NCBI RefSeq assembly: GCF_036321535.1
Contig: NC_087472.1
Span: forward strand, 91,762,001 to 91,826,000
Source of the DNA: Camelus dromedarius
Taxonomy: Eukaryota
Direction of reading: 5' to 3'
Length of the DNA: 64,000 bases
The notes under the pieces were generated by a model, which did not search any database, was not told the origin of the DNA, and saw nothing but the letters and a program-made list of their open reading frames with translations. Both the position numbers and the translations under genes were made by a program. The first letter of the stretch is position 1, and the number at the start of each line of letters is the position of its first letter. Below are positions 1 through 12,615 of this stretch, in pieces.

Positions 1-1930
1 ATATAATGATATCTTTAAAGTACTTAATGGAAAAAACAAACAAACAGAAACCCAAACACAGGACCTTAAAATTCTATGAATGGTGAAAACATCATTCAAA
101 AATAAAAGTGAAATAGGTTTTTTGAGACAAAAGAAAAAGCTAAGAGATCATATTGCCAGAAGACATATGCTTCAGACATTGAACAGTAACAGGGGGTATC
201 TGAACAACTCTATTCCAATAAATTTGACAACTTAGATAAACTGGACAAAATCACTCCAATGGCACAAAATACCATCTCTCACTGAAGAAGAAATAGATAA
301 CCTGAATAACCCTATATCTATTAAAATTGAAGTTTTAGTCAGAAACCTTTCTGCAAGAAAACTCTAGGTTCACATGGCCACACTAATGAACTCTACCAAA
401 CACTGAAGGTAAAATGTGAGGGGGAGGGCAAGGGGGAGGTGGGACCTCACTTTTGACACTAGAATTACCATGATATTAACACCTAACAAAGATGTTACAA
501 GAAAGGAAACTGTAGACCAATACTGTTCCTAACATAAATGCAAAATCCCTAATACAATACTGGGAAATCAATTTGTACAGCATATGAAGTAGATATTATA
601 TCATGAACAAATAGGCTTTCTTCCAAGAAACTCAAGTTTCAACATTCAAAAACCAATGTATTTTGCCACATTAACAGACTAAAATGCATACCATATGAAA
701 AATCATTTGACAAAATTCAACACTGATTCATGAGAAAATTCTCATTAATTTGAAAATAAAATGTAATTTCCTCAGCCTAACGAAGGGATTCTACAAGCAT
801 AGCTAACATCGTACGTAATAGTGAATTAGAAACAAGTCAAGAGTATATGTTCTCACCTTTTCAATTCAATATTAACTGGAATTTCTAGCTAGCACAATAA
901 GGCAAAGGAAAAAAAGGTATTTGGATCGGAAAGTAAGAAGTATAACTGCTTTTATTATCAGATGTCATGATTATCTACAAAGACTGTCTTCAGGAATCTA
1001 CCCAAAAAATGATTAGAGAAGTGAGCTTCACAAAGCCACAGGAGAAAAGGTCAGCATACAAAAGTCAAATGTATGTTTATGACCTAGGACAGCCGAAATG
1101 TTTTGTAAAATACAAAATTAGAGTACTTATGCTACCTATACAGCTATGTGTCAGTGTCACACTGACATAAGGATAAACACACAGATCAATGCAGCAGGAT
1201 AGTACAGAAACAGACTCACTTATAAATGGTAAGTTTAATTTTTGACAAAGGTGCAAAAGTAATGCAATGGGGCAAGTAATTTTAAAAACTGTGTTCACTA
1301 CACTTAAAATGTGTGAGTCCAATAAGAACTTAAACAATGAATCTTCTATGAGAAAACATAGGAGAGAATCTTTGACCTTGGGTTATTAAATACTTCCTAG
1401 ACAAGACAAAGAACTTATAGAGATTTATCAAAAAAATGTTTAAAATCTTGTATTTCAAAACACAAGACAAAGACTAGGAGAAAATACTTGCAAAACATGT
1501 ATCTGATAAAACTCTTGTATACAGAATATATAAAGAACACTTGTAGCTCAATAACAAAAAGACAAAATACTCAGTTAAAAAATAGTCAAGATATTTGAAC
1601 ATTTCATTAAAGGAAATATATGAATGGCCAATAAGCAAATGCAAAGATGTTCAACATACTTAGTCAACATGGAAATGTAAATTAAGACACTACTATATAT
1701 CCACTAGAATGGCTAAAATTTTTATTTATTTATTTATTTATTTATTTATTATTTATTGAGTTATTTATTGAGTTATAGTCAGTTTACAATGTTGTGTCAA
1801 TTTCCAGTGTAGAGCACAATTTTTCAATAGAATGGCTAAAATTTTTTTTAAATGAAAGAAAAGAAAACTAATGAGCATTGGTAAGAATGTGGGAAAACTG
1901 TAATATTGTTAGAATGCAAAATGATAAGTC
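1..1930 (+). mobile_element. Old, degraded L1 (L1M-type) ORF2 fragments
   Basis: A-rich sense strand with typical ORF2-region motifs (aaatttgacaacttagataaactggacaaa; ctcaataacaaaaagacaaa; gaatggccaataagc; ccactagaatggctaaaat). No long ORF. Boundaries approximate. Confidence 0.8.
1721..1827 (-). mobile_element. Very short 5'-truncated younger L1 3' tip nested in the older L1
   Basis: Flanked by a direct repeat TAGAATGGCTAAAATT at 1705-1720 and 1828-1843. (TTTA)n tail on the left; body matches the L1 3' tip also seen at 2265-2559. Confidence 0.8.
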
Positions 1931-2264
1931 TCACTAAGAAACAAAACTACCACACCAGGCCTTCGAAATAATGCACTAAAATGTGACTATGAATCTGCAG
2001 CTTGGGAAAGGAATACTTATATTTCAAGGATAAGTGCCCTTAAAGGATCAGAGAAATAAAGAACTCTGACTTTTCTCATTTTTCATTGATGTAAGTTCAA
2101 ATGATTAGTCAATACATTTTGCCTAATCAATGCTCTCACAGTAATCAGGTTCCAATAAAATCGTGAAGACGAAAGGCACTGACTGTTGCACTGTCTCCCT
2201 TGATGGGTCAGCAGATTCCGAACTTTTAGATTCAGACACTTTGAAGTCTGAAAGATGAACGTCA

Positions 2265-2559
2265 AAACAGAAACAGAATCACAGACATAGTAAACAATCT
2301 TATGGTTACTGGGGGGAAAGGGGGTGGGAAGGGATAAATTGGGAATTTGAGATTTGTGAATACTAACTACTATATATAAAACAGATAAATGACAAGTTTC
2401 TACTGTATAGCACAGGGAACTATATTCAATACCTTGTAGTAACCTATAATGAAAAACAATATATGTACGTATATGTATGACTGAAACATTATGCTGTACA
2501 CCAGAAATAACTGACACGTTGTAAACTGACTATACGTCAATAAGATGAAATAAAATAAA
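2265..2559 (+). mobile_element. 5'-truncated L1 3' end (artiodactyl/camelid type)
   Basis: L1 3' UTR motifs (ctactgtatagcacagggaactatattcaata; ctgtacaccagaaa) and A-rich tail. TSD AAAGATGAAC(G/A)TCA at 2251-2264 and 2560-2573. Confidence 0.85.
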
Positions 2560-2794
2560 AAAGATGAACATCAGTAGATATGAACAGAGGCTAAGACCAA
2601 GCAGATACAAGATTATTAATCGATGTCTTCCCATTCCTCCATCCCTACTGCTGCTCATTTCCATTCCTACCATCTAGAACTGCTCATGTTTACAGATATG
2701 ATTTCTTTCCCTTGCCATTATTAATTAACACATTCTGTACCTGTGTTTGCAATAGAAACCCAACTAACCAGTGGTTCCAACAATTTAAAAAAAT

Positions 2795-3262
2795 GTGATA
2801 GTTTATACATCAACTTGGCTAGGCTATGGTAACCAGCTGTTTGATCCAACAGCAGTCTATATATTGCTATGAAGTATTTTTGCATGTGCCTAGCATTTAC
2901 AATGGGCAGAATTAAATAAAGTATATTGTCCTCCATAATGTGGATGTGACCTCCACCAATCACTTGAAGGCCTTAAGAGCAAAGACATGTTTTTTAAGGA
3001 ATTCTGCCTCAAGACTGCAACACAGAAACCCTACCTGAGTTTCCACCTGTTGACCTGCCCTGCAAGTTTCAAACTTGCCAGTTCCCACAATCACATGAGA
3101 GCCAATTCCTTAAAATTAATCTCACTTTCTGTCTTTATGTTTCTCTCTCTGCCTGTCTCTCTGCCTCTACCTCTTCATATGTGTGTGTATATATTTATAC
3201 ACATATATATTTGTGTGTGTGTGTGTGGTGTATGTTCTGTTTCTCTGGAGAACTCTAACACA
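2795..3262 (+). mobile_element. ERVL solo LTR, MLT2-like
   Basis: Starts TGTGATAG..catcaacttggctaggct and ends tgttctgtttctctggagaactctaaca, with internal (CT)/(TG)-rich tract. Family recognised from memory. Confidence 0.7.
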
Positions 3263-3289
3263 GAGAATTCTTAATTTTCATAAAACAAG

Positions 3290-3703
3290 AAATCAGAGGT
3301 TATAAATTCAGGAACAGTTCAATGACTTCATGATGCCATCAGGCACTTCAGCTTCTAGCCTTCTGCTCCTCTATCCTTAGCTGGCAGCTTTTGTCCTTAT
3401 AATTATGGTTGCAAGGTAGTTATTGCACCCTCAACATCATAACTGTGTTCCAGAAAAGAGTAAACTATTAAATACAGATTATGTAGGTGAGTTGAATCTG
3501 CCCTTTAAAAGGAATTTCCCAGAAGTCCCATGTAGCAAATTTCACTTCTAGCTTACTAGCCTTAACTATGTCACATGGCCATCATTAGCTGGAAGAGAAG
3601 CCAGAAAATACAGATCTTTTAGCTAGGCGTATTGCCCAGAGTTGGGGTTCTAGTCTAATAGAAAAGAATAGATATTGGATAAACTACAAGCAATGTCTGC
3701 CAC
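3290..3703 (-). mobile_element. MaLR LTR remnant (MLT1-like)
   Basis: Motifs cttaactatgtcacatggccatc and terminal caatgtctgccaca. Boundaries approximate. Confidence 0.5.
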
Positions 3704-4829
3704 ATCCCTTCAGTTCTATGGACTGGTCCTTAAACGTACTCTGGCTCTTAGGTCCACTTATCTTCATTTTAGTACTGGAATATTATGTTCTTAGATATTG
3801 TTTTGGTCTTCCACTGTTCAAGGACTATTTGTTTTACCAAAATTATCATCATCTCATCTTCCTCCCCACTCCCTGTATCTCCTCTACTCCACACTCACCC
3901 CCATGGAACTGACCCTTTATTCAAAGAAACTAGAAATGTGGGAAGTAGCTAGTATTTCATGGTTAATGGGTCTACTAGAAAACAGATACTTTTTTAATAT
4001 TGAAGATTCAGGGTTGCAGCTAATAATTAACTTGGATGGAAAACATTTTACAGAGAAAGAGGATGCTTAAGTTTAGAGGACATATGAGTAGCTAGGAAAT
4101 TCATTTCCCAAAAGATTATTATGATGAGTTAGCTCAAGTCTATTAACTGCTTGAGATCACAAGAAATTAATACATAAGGCACAGTTGCTTATCTCTGGGA
4201 TATGATACTGTTGGGACTGACTTCTGTCTGTCAGAAATAATCAGTAATTATGAAGACAATACAAAATCAAACTAAGAAACTTTCAAAAATTGCCTTAAAG
4301 GGGTATATGTGACAGGTAATTAACTTTTTTTAAAACTATAAATGAAAGCCCATGTGGCAGAAAATTGGTATTAAATCCATTATGTAAATTCTCTATCCTC
4401 AAAATTTCAGTATTCATCTTTTTTCTCACAATCTCATTGCCATCCCTTTAGATGAGACCTTCCACATACAGCTTACCTGTATCCCTTATTTTGATCTTAT
4501 TCTGTCCCCCATACCACTACTACTGTGATCTTCCTAAGTATGAATCTGATCATGTCATTCCACTGCCTAAATCTTTCTTCTACAGGTCTCTGTAGTTTTC
4601 AAAATAAAGTCAAATGCATTAGCTTAGTACAAAGTGATGCTCATCATCTGTCTATTTGCTTTTCTAGGCTCAGCTCCCACTGACACTGCTTTTCTCACTC
4701 TCCAAACATATAAAGATAATATTCATTCACTGAATAGCTATATATTCACTGAATAGCTATATATTGAACACATACTGTGTGCCAGACACTGTGCTAGGTA
4801 CAGGAGTTTAAAACAATAGTAATTATTTA

Positions 4830-5323
4830 ATACTATTAGGTCTTATGGTTTTGAGTATGGAATGACTCAGTTTGGTAGCTTTTATTCAGAATTTCTCATG
4901 CAGTTTCAGACATTTCAGGGCCTAAGTTTTTGTGTTGTCTCAAAGGCTTCCTAACTGATATGCTTAGGCTGGGATGTCTTGAGCAGCTGGGAGCTGGAAC
5001 AGTCAATGTTCCTCAGACGTCTCCCCCATCTCTGTGTGTTTGCTTCAGCATAGCAGTTTCAGGGAGGCTAGATTTCTTATATGGTGACTGAGGACTTCAA
5101 AGGCACATTTTCAAGAGAGAAGTGGAGGAAGTTGCATCATCTTTTTATGACCTAGCCCTGGAAGTCACATAGTGTCACATCCACTGTACATTATTAGTGA
5201 GGCAGTCCCCAAGGCTTGCGCAGGTTCAAGGGGAGGAGATACAGAGGCCATCTTGATGGAGAAGTGATAAGGTTCTGGAATGCATGCGGGTCTGGAAACG
5301 TTACAGATAACACAATCTGCCAC
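4830..5323 (-). mobile_element. MaLR LTR remnant (MLT1-like)
   Basis: Motifs tttatgacctagccctggaagtcacatagtgtcac and terminal caatctgccaca. Boundaries approximate. Confidence 0.55.
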
Positions 5324-5999
5324 AGAAATCTTTCCAGAAGAAGCATCTTGTCTCTTCATACTCCTATGCTTTCATAAATGCTGTTCACACTTCCTCGAAT
5401 GTCTTTGCCTCTTCTTGATTTAAATTACTAATACTCACTTGGTAAAACTTATCTCCAGTTTCTTCACCTTTGAGAAGAAATCTTCTTTGACCACTACTCC
5501 TCACATCACTAGATATCCACTTGTCACCCCCATGCTCCTCCCCATATCTCACCTCCTGTATGTGTCATGCCTAATCCTAGCCTTCTTCCCATAAAATATT
5601 GTTGTGGGTGATTTCTTAATGCTATAACTGAACCCAAAACTTCTTCAAGGCATAAATCTCTGTTCAATTTTCTGTTCTCAGGAAATAATTTAGTATTTGT
5701 TGTATAATAAACACTTAAATGAATTAATGTAAAGGCAAATCAGATTATCTAGAATAATCTATAGCTATGTATAGAAATGTTTCTTAAAAACTTTTTGTTA
5801 GGATTTTAGGTATTCTAGATAGGAAGTGAGAACACAAATACAAAGGAGTCAGGGAGGCAGAAAACTAGCTTCTATACCCAAATTACTTGTACTTTCTCTA
5901 AGTTATGAGAGGATCATTTTACATCGAATCTATGGCTAGGACAAATGGGCATGTAAAGTGTTAGATGCTTTCTAGCTAAAAGGAGAAGAAAACAAACTT

Positions 6000-6230
6000 T
6001 TTTGCACATTTACTGTGTGTCAGGCAGTTTATGTACATTCACCCCAAAGATATGAGTACGGACTACCTGTATTTTGCAGATGAAGAACTAAGACTCACAG
6101 CATACAAGTAATTGTTCTAAGACATAGCAGACACTCAATTATTATTGCTATACGATTTGTAAATGATGGAACCAGGATACAAACTCCTATCTGTCTGAGT
6201 GCAAAATTCATTCTTTCACCCATATTATTC
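6000..6230 (-). mobile_element. MIR SINE remnant
   Basis: MIR core-like attttgcagatgaagaactaagactcacag and ggaaccaggatacaaactc. Confidence 0.5.
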
Positions 6231-8837
6231 TTTGAGTAAGTTCTCATAGCTGTTAATTTCTATCTCAAATGAGGCTAGATCTCCATGATGCCCAATGTCT
6301 ATTGGTGGCTGTCCTTACAGAACTTTTACATTTTTCACGAAAACAGTTACCACAGAGTTACAGACCATAAGAATATCTCTCTCTGTTTCTCTTCATTTCT
6401 TTGTTTCTTATTCTTTCTCTGAGGTTTTTAGGTGCTAGAGTAGAAGAAAAAGAATGTCTGGGTAGAGATACTGAAAAAGAATCTACGACCTTAATTATAG
6501 ATGAAGGACTCTGACAGTATAATTAGATATGCAATTCTGCTGCTCATCTTAAGTGTTACCAGAGGCATTCTGGTTTAGTCTTATGACCTTTCAACCATTT
6601 CTAACATCTCATACTTTTCAACTGGAATTGTAGTAATGACATAGATCAAGCACTATTGTCTTGGTTTTGACTGATTCTTTCAAGGTAAGACTACTAGGAT
6701 AATTAAAAAGCTCTTTTACACAGAAAATATTAAGAGAATTCATCTTTAGGATGCAGCCACCTTCCTGTATGTGACATTCCATCAGTTATCTACAACTTTT
6801 ACTCTTCCTAAATTCTGCAAGATGAGACCATAAACCAATCTGAGAGTAGAAAGACCCAAGACATTTTATAATAGTTATAATCAAAACACTACATAACCAA
6901 TCCAAGCTGATGTCTTTAAATCATTAATAATGCTTATTAACAATTCCTCCATTTAGGAAAAATATAGAAGAGGAAATATCCTTTAAGTCTTTTTCTCTTT
7001 ATTGGCTAACATAAGAAATTTTTAAATATTTATGCAAATCAAATCTAACTAGATACATATAGTTGATGCAAAAGATCATATGAATTATTGCTAAGTTGAA
7101 AAATATATTTTTATCATTAACGATTTAGGGTAATCCTTGTGTCTTCTTCCAGGCACTAACAAAGCTAATTGAGATTGAGTGGATTAAACTTCTTTTATCT
7201 TGCTACGCTACCATCTTTTCTAGTGAAGAGCTTATACTTGGCCTATTCCCATAGGAATAAATATTTCAAAACTAAGAACCTCCTAACTCCTCAGCATATT
7301 CAGTGTACTAATTTGAGGAGGGACAACAAATCTATTTCAAAATTGTTCAGAGAATATGAGGCTTAACTTTTATAAATTAGAACCATACTTAATAGTCAGA
7401 AGAATTTGGTGATTATCCCATTGATAACAAAAAATCTTTTAAAATATGAATGACCACTTCCTATTTTTTGTTTCTAAGTACAGATTTTACTGTTCTGAAT
7501 TTTCCTAAATTGGGAACTAGCCATTCTTTTTTCAAAAAGCACTAGTGTCTTGATTGTAAATAGTATGAAGAATTCAACTTGTCTCATGAATATAATTGCC
7601 TAAATTTCTTCCTATTCTGAGTTTCTATTTCTTTATTTTTTCTTAAAGACAACCATGAAATCAATGTACTAATTACCTTTCCAATACCCTTGCCTATGAA
7701 TTTTGTTCCACAAATAAAGCTAAATGAAACGACCAGCCGGTCAATGAACTGATTATTATTGAATGCCACACTTTTTAGCTACTTGATCATAATTTGATGG
7801 CCATTAAAAATAAAAAGAAATGTTTTTGTGGTTGAAAATATGATACTTCACTCCATAATCTGAATTCTGTTGCCATATTTACATATTAAGCTCCCTTCAG
7901 GTTAACTTTTCAATTATTTAAAAATACACAAAATTATTGAGAAACACCAATTAGGCTGAGTGTCTAGTAAAGACTTATTTGGATGTAGTCCCAGATAATG
8001 TCTTTGGCTAATGGGAGGAAGGAAAATGAAGCAACATGATTTCCAGTAAATATGATTTAGTCCTGCAATGTGCCTTCAGCCAAAAATACTCTAAATATAT
8101 GGTAACTCAAAGCTAATGCCAGTGTTCAAAATGCATATAGAAGTGTATGTGTACAGATGTGTCAGGAAATGCATAGAAAATTATATTTCAGGTAAGATAC
8201 AGAAACTTTCTTTGACCATAAATATTTATCTATAGAAAATGATTTGAAAAAAAAGAACAATAGATAGTCATCACACCTAAACAAAATTATCTATTTTGTT
8301 ACTATCAAAAATTCATTCAGTGTTCAAGTCAACAGTAGCTGTCTTTGGAAAATGGTACATTCTTATCATTTATCTTTTTTTACTATTTGAAGTTTTATAC
8401 AATACTTATATATTACTTTTTCACAAATTTTAAGCCTAATTTGAAGGTAATATCTTTTAAAACTCAAAGAAATTCCAAAACATAATTTTAAGACTAAATA
8501 TTTTGTTAGAATAATAATTGTTCTTTTGAAAAATGAAGCATTGATGGGTCCTGGGAAAAAGTAATTAGATCTAAGTCCATCTCTACAGGATGTCAAATTG
8601 AAATGGGTCTTCTAGATTGCTTTAGCTCAATGAGCGGTTTATGCACTGAGAGGAAATTATGTACATACAAACTACAGTTTTTAGGGTTTTCTGTAGCCAA
8701 CAGAGTCAAACTGAGATGATCTGGAATTTGTGAACTATCAACAAGAAAGCTTTCTCAAATTATCTCTTCAAGTACCTGTTATAATTAATTTACTTTAAAA
8801 TGCTTTCCAGGTTTTGGGTCTTCTAATATGGTGCAAT

Positions 8838-8930
8838 GAAAACGAATATATGTATATATATACATGACTGGGACATTATGATGTACACCAGAAATTGACA
8901 CATTGTAAGTGACTGTACTTCAATTAAAAA
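8838..8930 (+). mobile_element. Short L1 3' tip
   Basis: catgactgggacattatgatgtacaccagaaattgacacattgtaagtgactgtacttcaattaaaaa, same family as 2265-2559. Confidence 0.65.
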
Positions 8931-9994
8931 GTTTGCAGCTCAGATGGAATAGGGCCTAAGATAGATACCTTACGGAACACCAATGAGAATAGAGACAAGC
9001 TGAAAGAAAAAGAGCAAGATGACTGAGACATCTGACCAAGCCTGAATAAGAGAGGTCTGCTGTCAACTGCCATATCTTCTGTTTGTATCCATGATTTCAT
9101 CTCTCCTTTTAGTTTCAGAGGAAGATGTAACCCCTTCAAGCTCTTGAGAATTCTTGGTCCTATATACTCTTCTTTCTGAATACTATTTTGCTTTCATCAA
9201 CAACTTGCCTTCTGCATTAAATATGCTCAATGACGAGATCTATACATGTTTTTAACCTGTATGTCAATGGCCACAATGGTTTCCCTCCTTGTTGTCTAAG
9301 ACTTGGGCTGTGCCTACGCACATTGACTCTTGATCACAGCTCATGCTCTGTTCCATGGGAAAAGAGCAAACATTATGCAAACAGAAACTCGAAAAGTGAT
9401 TCAATATTGGAGTTTTGCCTCTCTTGCTGCTCTTAGGAAACTCTGCAACCATACTTTATTTCAAGGACAAATATCAAGAAACCTGGGGATTTAGTCTTAA
9501 TCATGCCAGCAACTTCTGCATCAATAAGAAGGCAAGTCACCTTTCTTTAAGCACCCATATGCTTATCCTTTAACATGAGCCAAAATTGTCTTTAACCTGA
9601 TTCCAGTCCTTTGTCATCTCCATTTTTATTTAATGTCTTGTTCACCAGTATCTGTCCTCTTCTGTGTGGAAATTGAACTCTCGATGGTCACCAATATCTT
9701 TGCCAAAATGAATAGTATATCAAACACATTCATGCTGAATTATCTGGCTGTTTGACACAATCAGCCATTCCTTTATTTTCAACTATCTCCCCCACTCCCC
9801 CTACCTTTTAAAAAAATTACTATTCTCACTTTTGTACTTCTCTAATTCTTTAGTTTTTAAATGGAGCTCTGTGGAAGTAAAATAGGTTTATATATTGGCT
9901 AAACTGATGGGAAGCAAAGGTATAAATATGTGCATTTAGGGGGGTGCATTCCTTTTATCAATTTTCAAAGGGTCTGTAAGCTAAAACAGTCTCG

Positions 9995-10480
9995 CTCCTT
10001 CATTTATTTACATTTACTGAGAACATTTAATATGTCAGGCCCTGTTCTAGGCACTGGGGAGAAAGCAATGATTAAAACAGATAATATCTTTGATCTCATG
10101 GTCTTAATTCTATTGGAGGAAGCAGACAATAAAAACAATTATGTCAGACTGTCTGTTTGAGGAAAGCGCTATGGAGAAAAAAGTAAAGCAAATTAAGGAG
10201 CTAGAGAATGGAAAAAATTAGTATTTTACATAGGGTCGTCAGGTAGTCTTCCATGGAACTCACATTTGAACAGAAACCTGAATAAATTGAGAAAATAAGC
10301 CATGTGGATACCTTGGGAATGAGTAGGATGCTGAGGTTCATCACTTGAGGTAGAAACATGCTCTGTGCCCAGCACCCAGGAGTCATTATGGCTGACCAGA
10401 GTGAATGAGAGGTGAGCACTGGGAAGTGAGTTAGAGAAGTACCCAGGGGCCAGGTTAGGCAGGCCTGACAGGCCGCAGTT
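9995..10480 (-). mobile_element. L2 LINE 3' remnant
   Basis: cattta..ctgagaacattta..tgtcaggccctgttctaggcactgggga; catttgaacagaaacctgaa. Boundaries approximate. Confidence 0.6.
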
Positions 10481-10989
10481 AGACCCTCAAGAGCACCAAC
10501 ATACTTTCCCTTCCTTCCGTCAAGTTCAATACAGGAATTCTGTCAGCCTGATTTAGTTGAATGAGATTGGGCTTTGGATTATTACACATCTGGGCAACTA
10601 CTGTGAGAGCTTGAGTAAGTTACTTGTTCCAGTTGAGAACTTTGAGCAAACTGCTTTACCTTTCTGTATTCCAATTTTCTGATCTTTACGAATGGAATTC
10701 AATTATCCAGCTGATACAATTATTACAATGTTCTAAGATAGCATATGAATGCACCCACCTTAGTGCTAGCACTAAGGGGATGCTTAATCATTGTTAATTT
10801 TCATGCCTCTTTACATAACTTCTTCAAGAGAATGTAAACATTTTCTTGACTTCAACAACTACTTCTATGAATTAATTCTCAGCTCTGTGTCTCTGGTTCC
10901 ACCATTCACTTTGCTATAGTGTTTTCTTTCATCATTTGCACATGTCTACCTAGGTGTTCCAATAATACTTCAAACTAAAAATCACCTTT

Positions 10990-11490
10990 CCCCTAAAGCC
11001 GTGATCAAAATCTCAAACTGCTCTGGAGTAACATAAACGGATAAAAAAGATTTGATCCGCTGGAAATTGCTCAGTGTCAGCTCCCTGGTCCTTCTGTGCT
11101 CAGCGTTGCAGATCTTCAACCTACACACATGCACAGTACTCAGCCACAGGCTCCAGGGAACCAAACCCCTAGCAAGTTCTCCAGCGCTCTTTCTCTTTGT
11201 GGCTCCCTCCTTTCTGATACTCTGCCCTGAAATTCTAGCTACATCAGCCTCTGTGGATTCCTCCTCAACTTACAAAAACCACCATGCTCTGCTTGGGTTT
11301 TCCCTGTCGGCATCATACACCGGAATGTGCCTCCTGGCAGAAAGTTGAGGCCGCCCCAGGGCTCGCTTCATTTGTTTCCCTTCTCTTGGGGATCTCTGCA
11401 ATGCACAAAGCTGCTGTTTCATATATTTTACGCCATTTTCTAGTTGTTTACAGCAGGAGGACAAGTTTGTTCCCAGTAACTTCACAAAGA
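10990..11490 (-). mobile_element. Ancient L1 5'-end fragment (L1MC/ME-like)
   Basis: Minus strand reads gtcctcctgctgtaaacaactagaaaatggcgtaaaatatatgaaacagc, resembling old L1 5' ends as I recall them. Confidence 0.45.
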
Positions 11491-11689
11491 CAGAAGCTCA
11501 CTGCTACTAGTTTAGTAGAAACCCACTGCAATATATAGAGCATGCAAACATTTTACGTATAGATTTCTTACAGGGTTTTTAAAATGAAAATTTTGTGTGT
11601 GGAGGTAGGACCTCAGGTGGAGCAATTCGTTCCAGCCTCAGGCCACCCTTACACAACTATACATTCTAGTCTGACAAAGCTGCTCGTCT

Positions 11690-12160
11690 CACCTTTATGG
11701 TATGTCTTATTCATCCAGCGCTGGGGCCTTCGTGAGCCAGGTCCGTTTTGCCCACAAGCAGCAAACCAAAATGCTGAGTTGCAGAGGTTTGGTAAGGCGG
11801 CCAAGCCAAGCAGGAAGACCGGTGAAGACATCTACCACCTCGAATGCAAGGGACTGGGGCACTGACGGGATAACGAATAAAGAAGCAGAGCGGTCAGAGG
11901 CGTGAGGAGCGGCAACTGGAAAAAGGTGCGGTGACTGTCACTCTGCGCAGGCGGAACTGAGCTACGGGCCGCTGCACCGTCCAAAATAGAGGCTCTGGGC
12001 ACGACCTGAGGGTGGGGCTTTTGGTTCTCTGACGTCAAAGGGTCACCGGCCACTCACGCATGCCCAGTAGCACAGTCCGTGGTCCTAACCAGTCTTAACC
12101 AGCTCAGCTCAAACGAGACACAGCTGACTCCAAGTTCCTGGTGAACAACTCGGGCAAATA
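11690..12160. promoter_or_regulatory. CpG-rich promoter-like segment with full CRE and NRF1-like motifs
   Basis: About two dozen CpGs in about 450 bp, against a CpG-depleted background. Palindromic TGACGTCA at 12030-12037 and TGCGCAGGCG at 11944-11953. Function is inferred only. Confidence 0.45.
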
Positions 12161-12615
12161 TCTTATAGTTTATGCTAAGTGCCACTTAGAGGGCATGCAA
12201 CTCCTTTGTAGCAACAATTTAAATGACCTTGATTAACGAAGGCAGGTGAAATCTATTTGACTAATGATTACCGTGGTTTTAGGGGTACTTAGAAGAAGCA
12301 TAAAAGGCATTCAAAAATAAGTCTCCACTTACTTGTTCTCTCTTTATTTTCTTCCTTTGGGCCTATGAATAAGCATCTGCCACTACACAATTTTTTCCCA
12401 CTTTTGAAAGTCCACATTATTTACATTATCTCATTCATTTCATTGTATTTCTTATGACATAATTATTAAAAGATGGCTACTGTTTTCTAGTAAGGTGGCT
12501 AAAGCTTATTCAAGCCTTAACTACAATTTGAGAGGTAAGTTTGATTTTTAAAGATTGTTATAAAACTTTAGTCACTCAACCCTATTTACTTGTATGACCA
12601 AGAATGCAACTCCAG

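Noticed and set aside
418..443. G-rich run with G-quadruplex potential
   Set aside because: Short, within decayed L1 sequence, with no supporting context.
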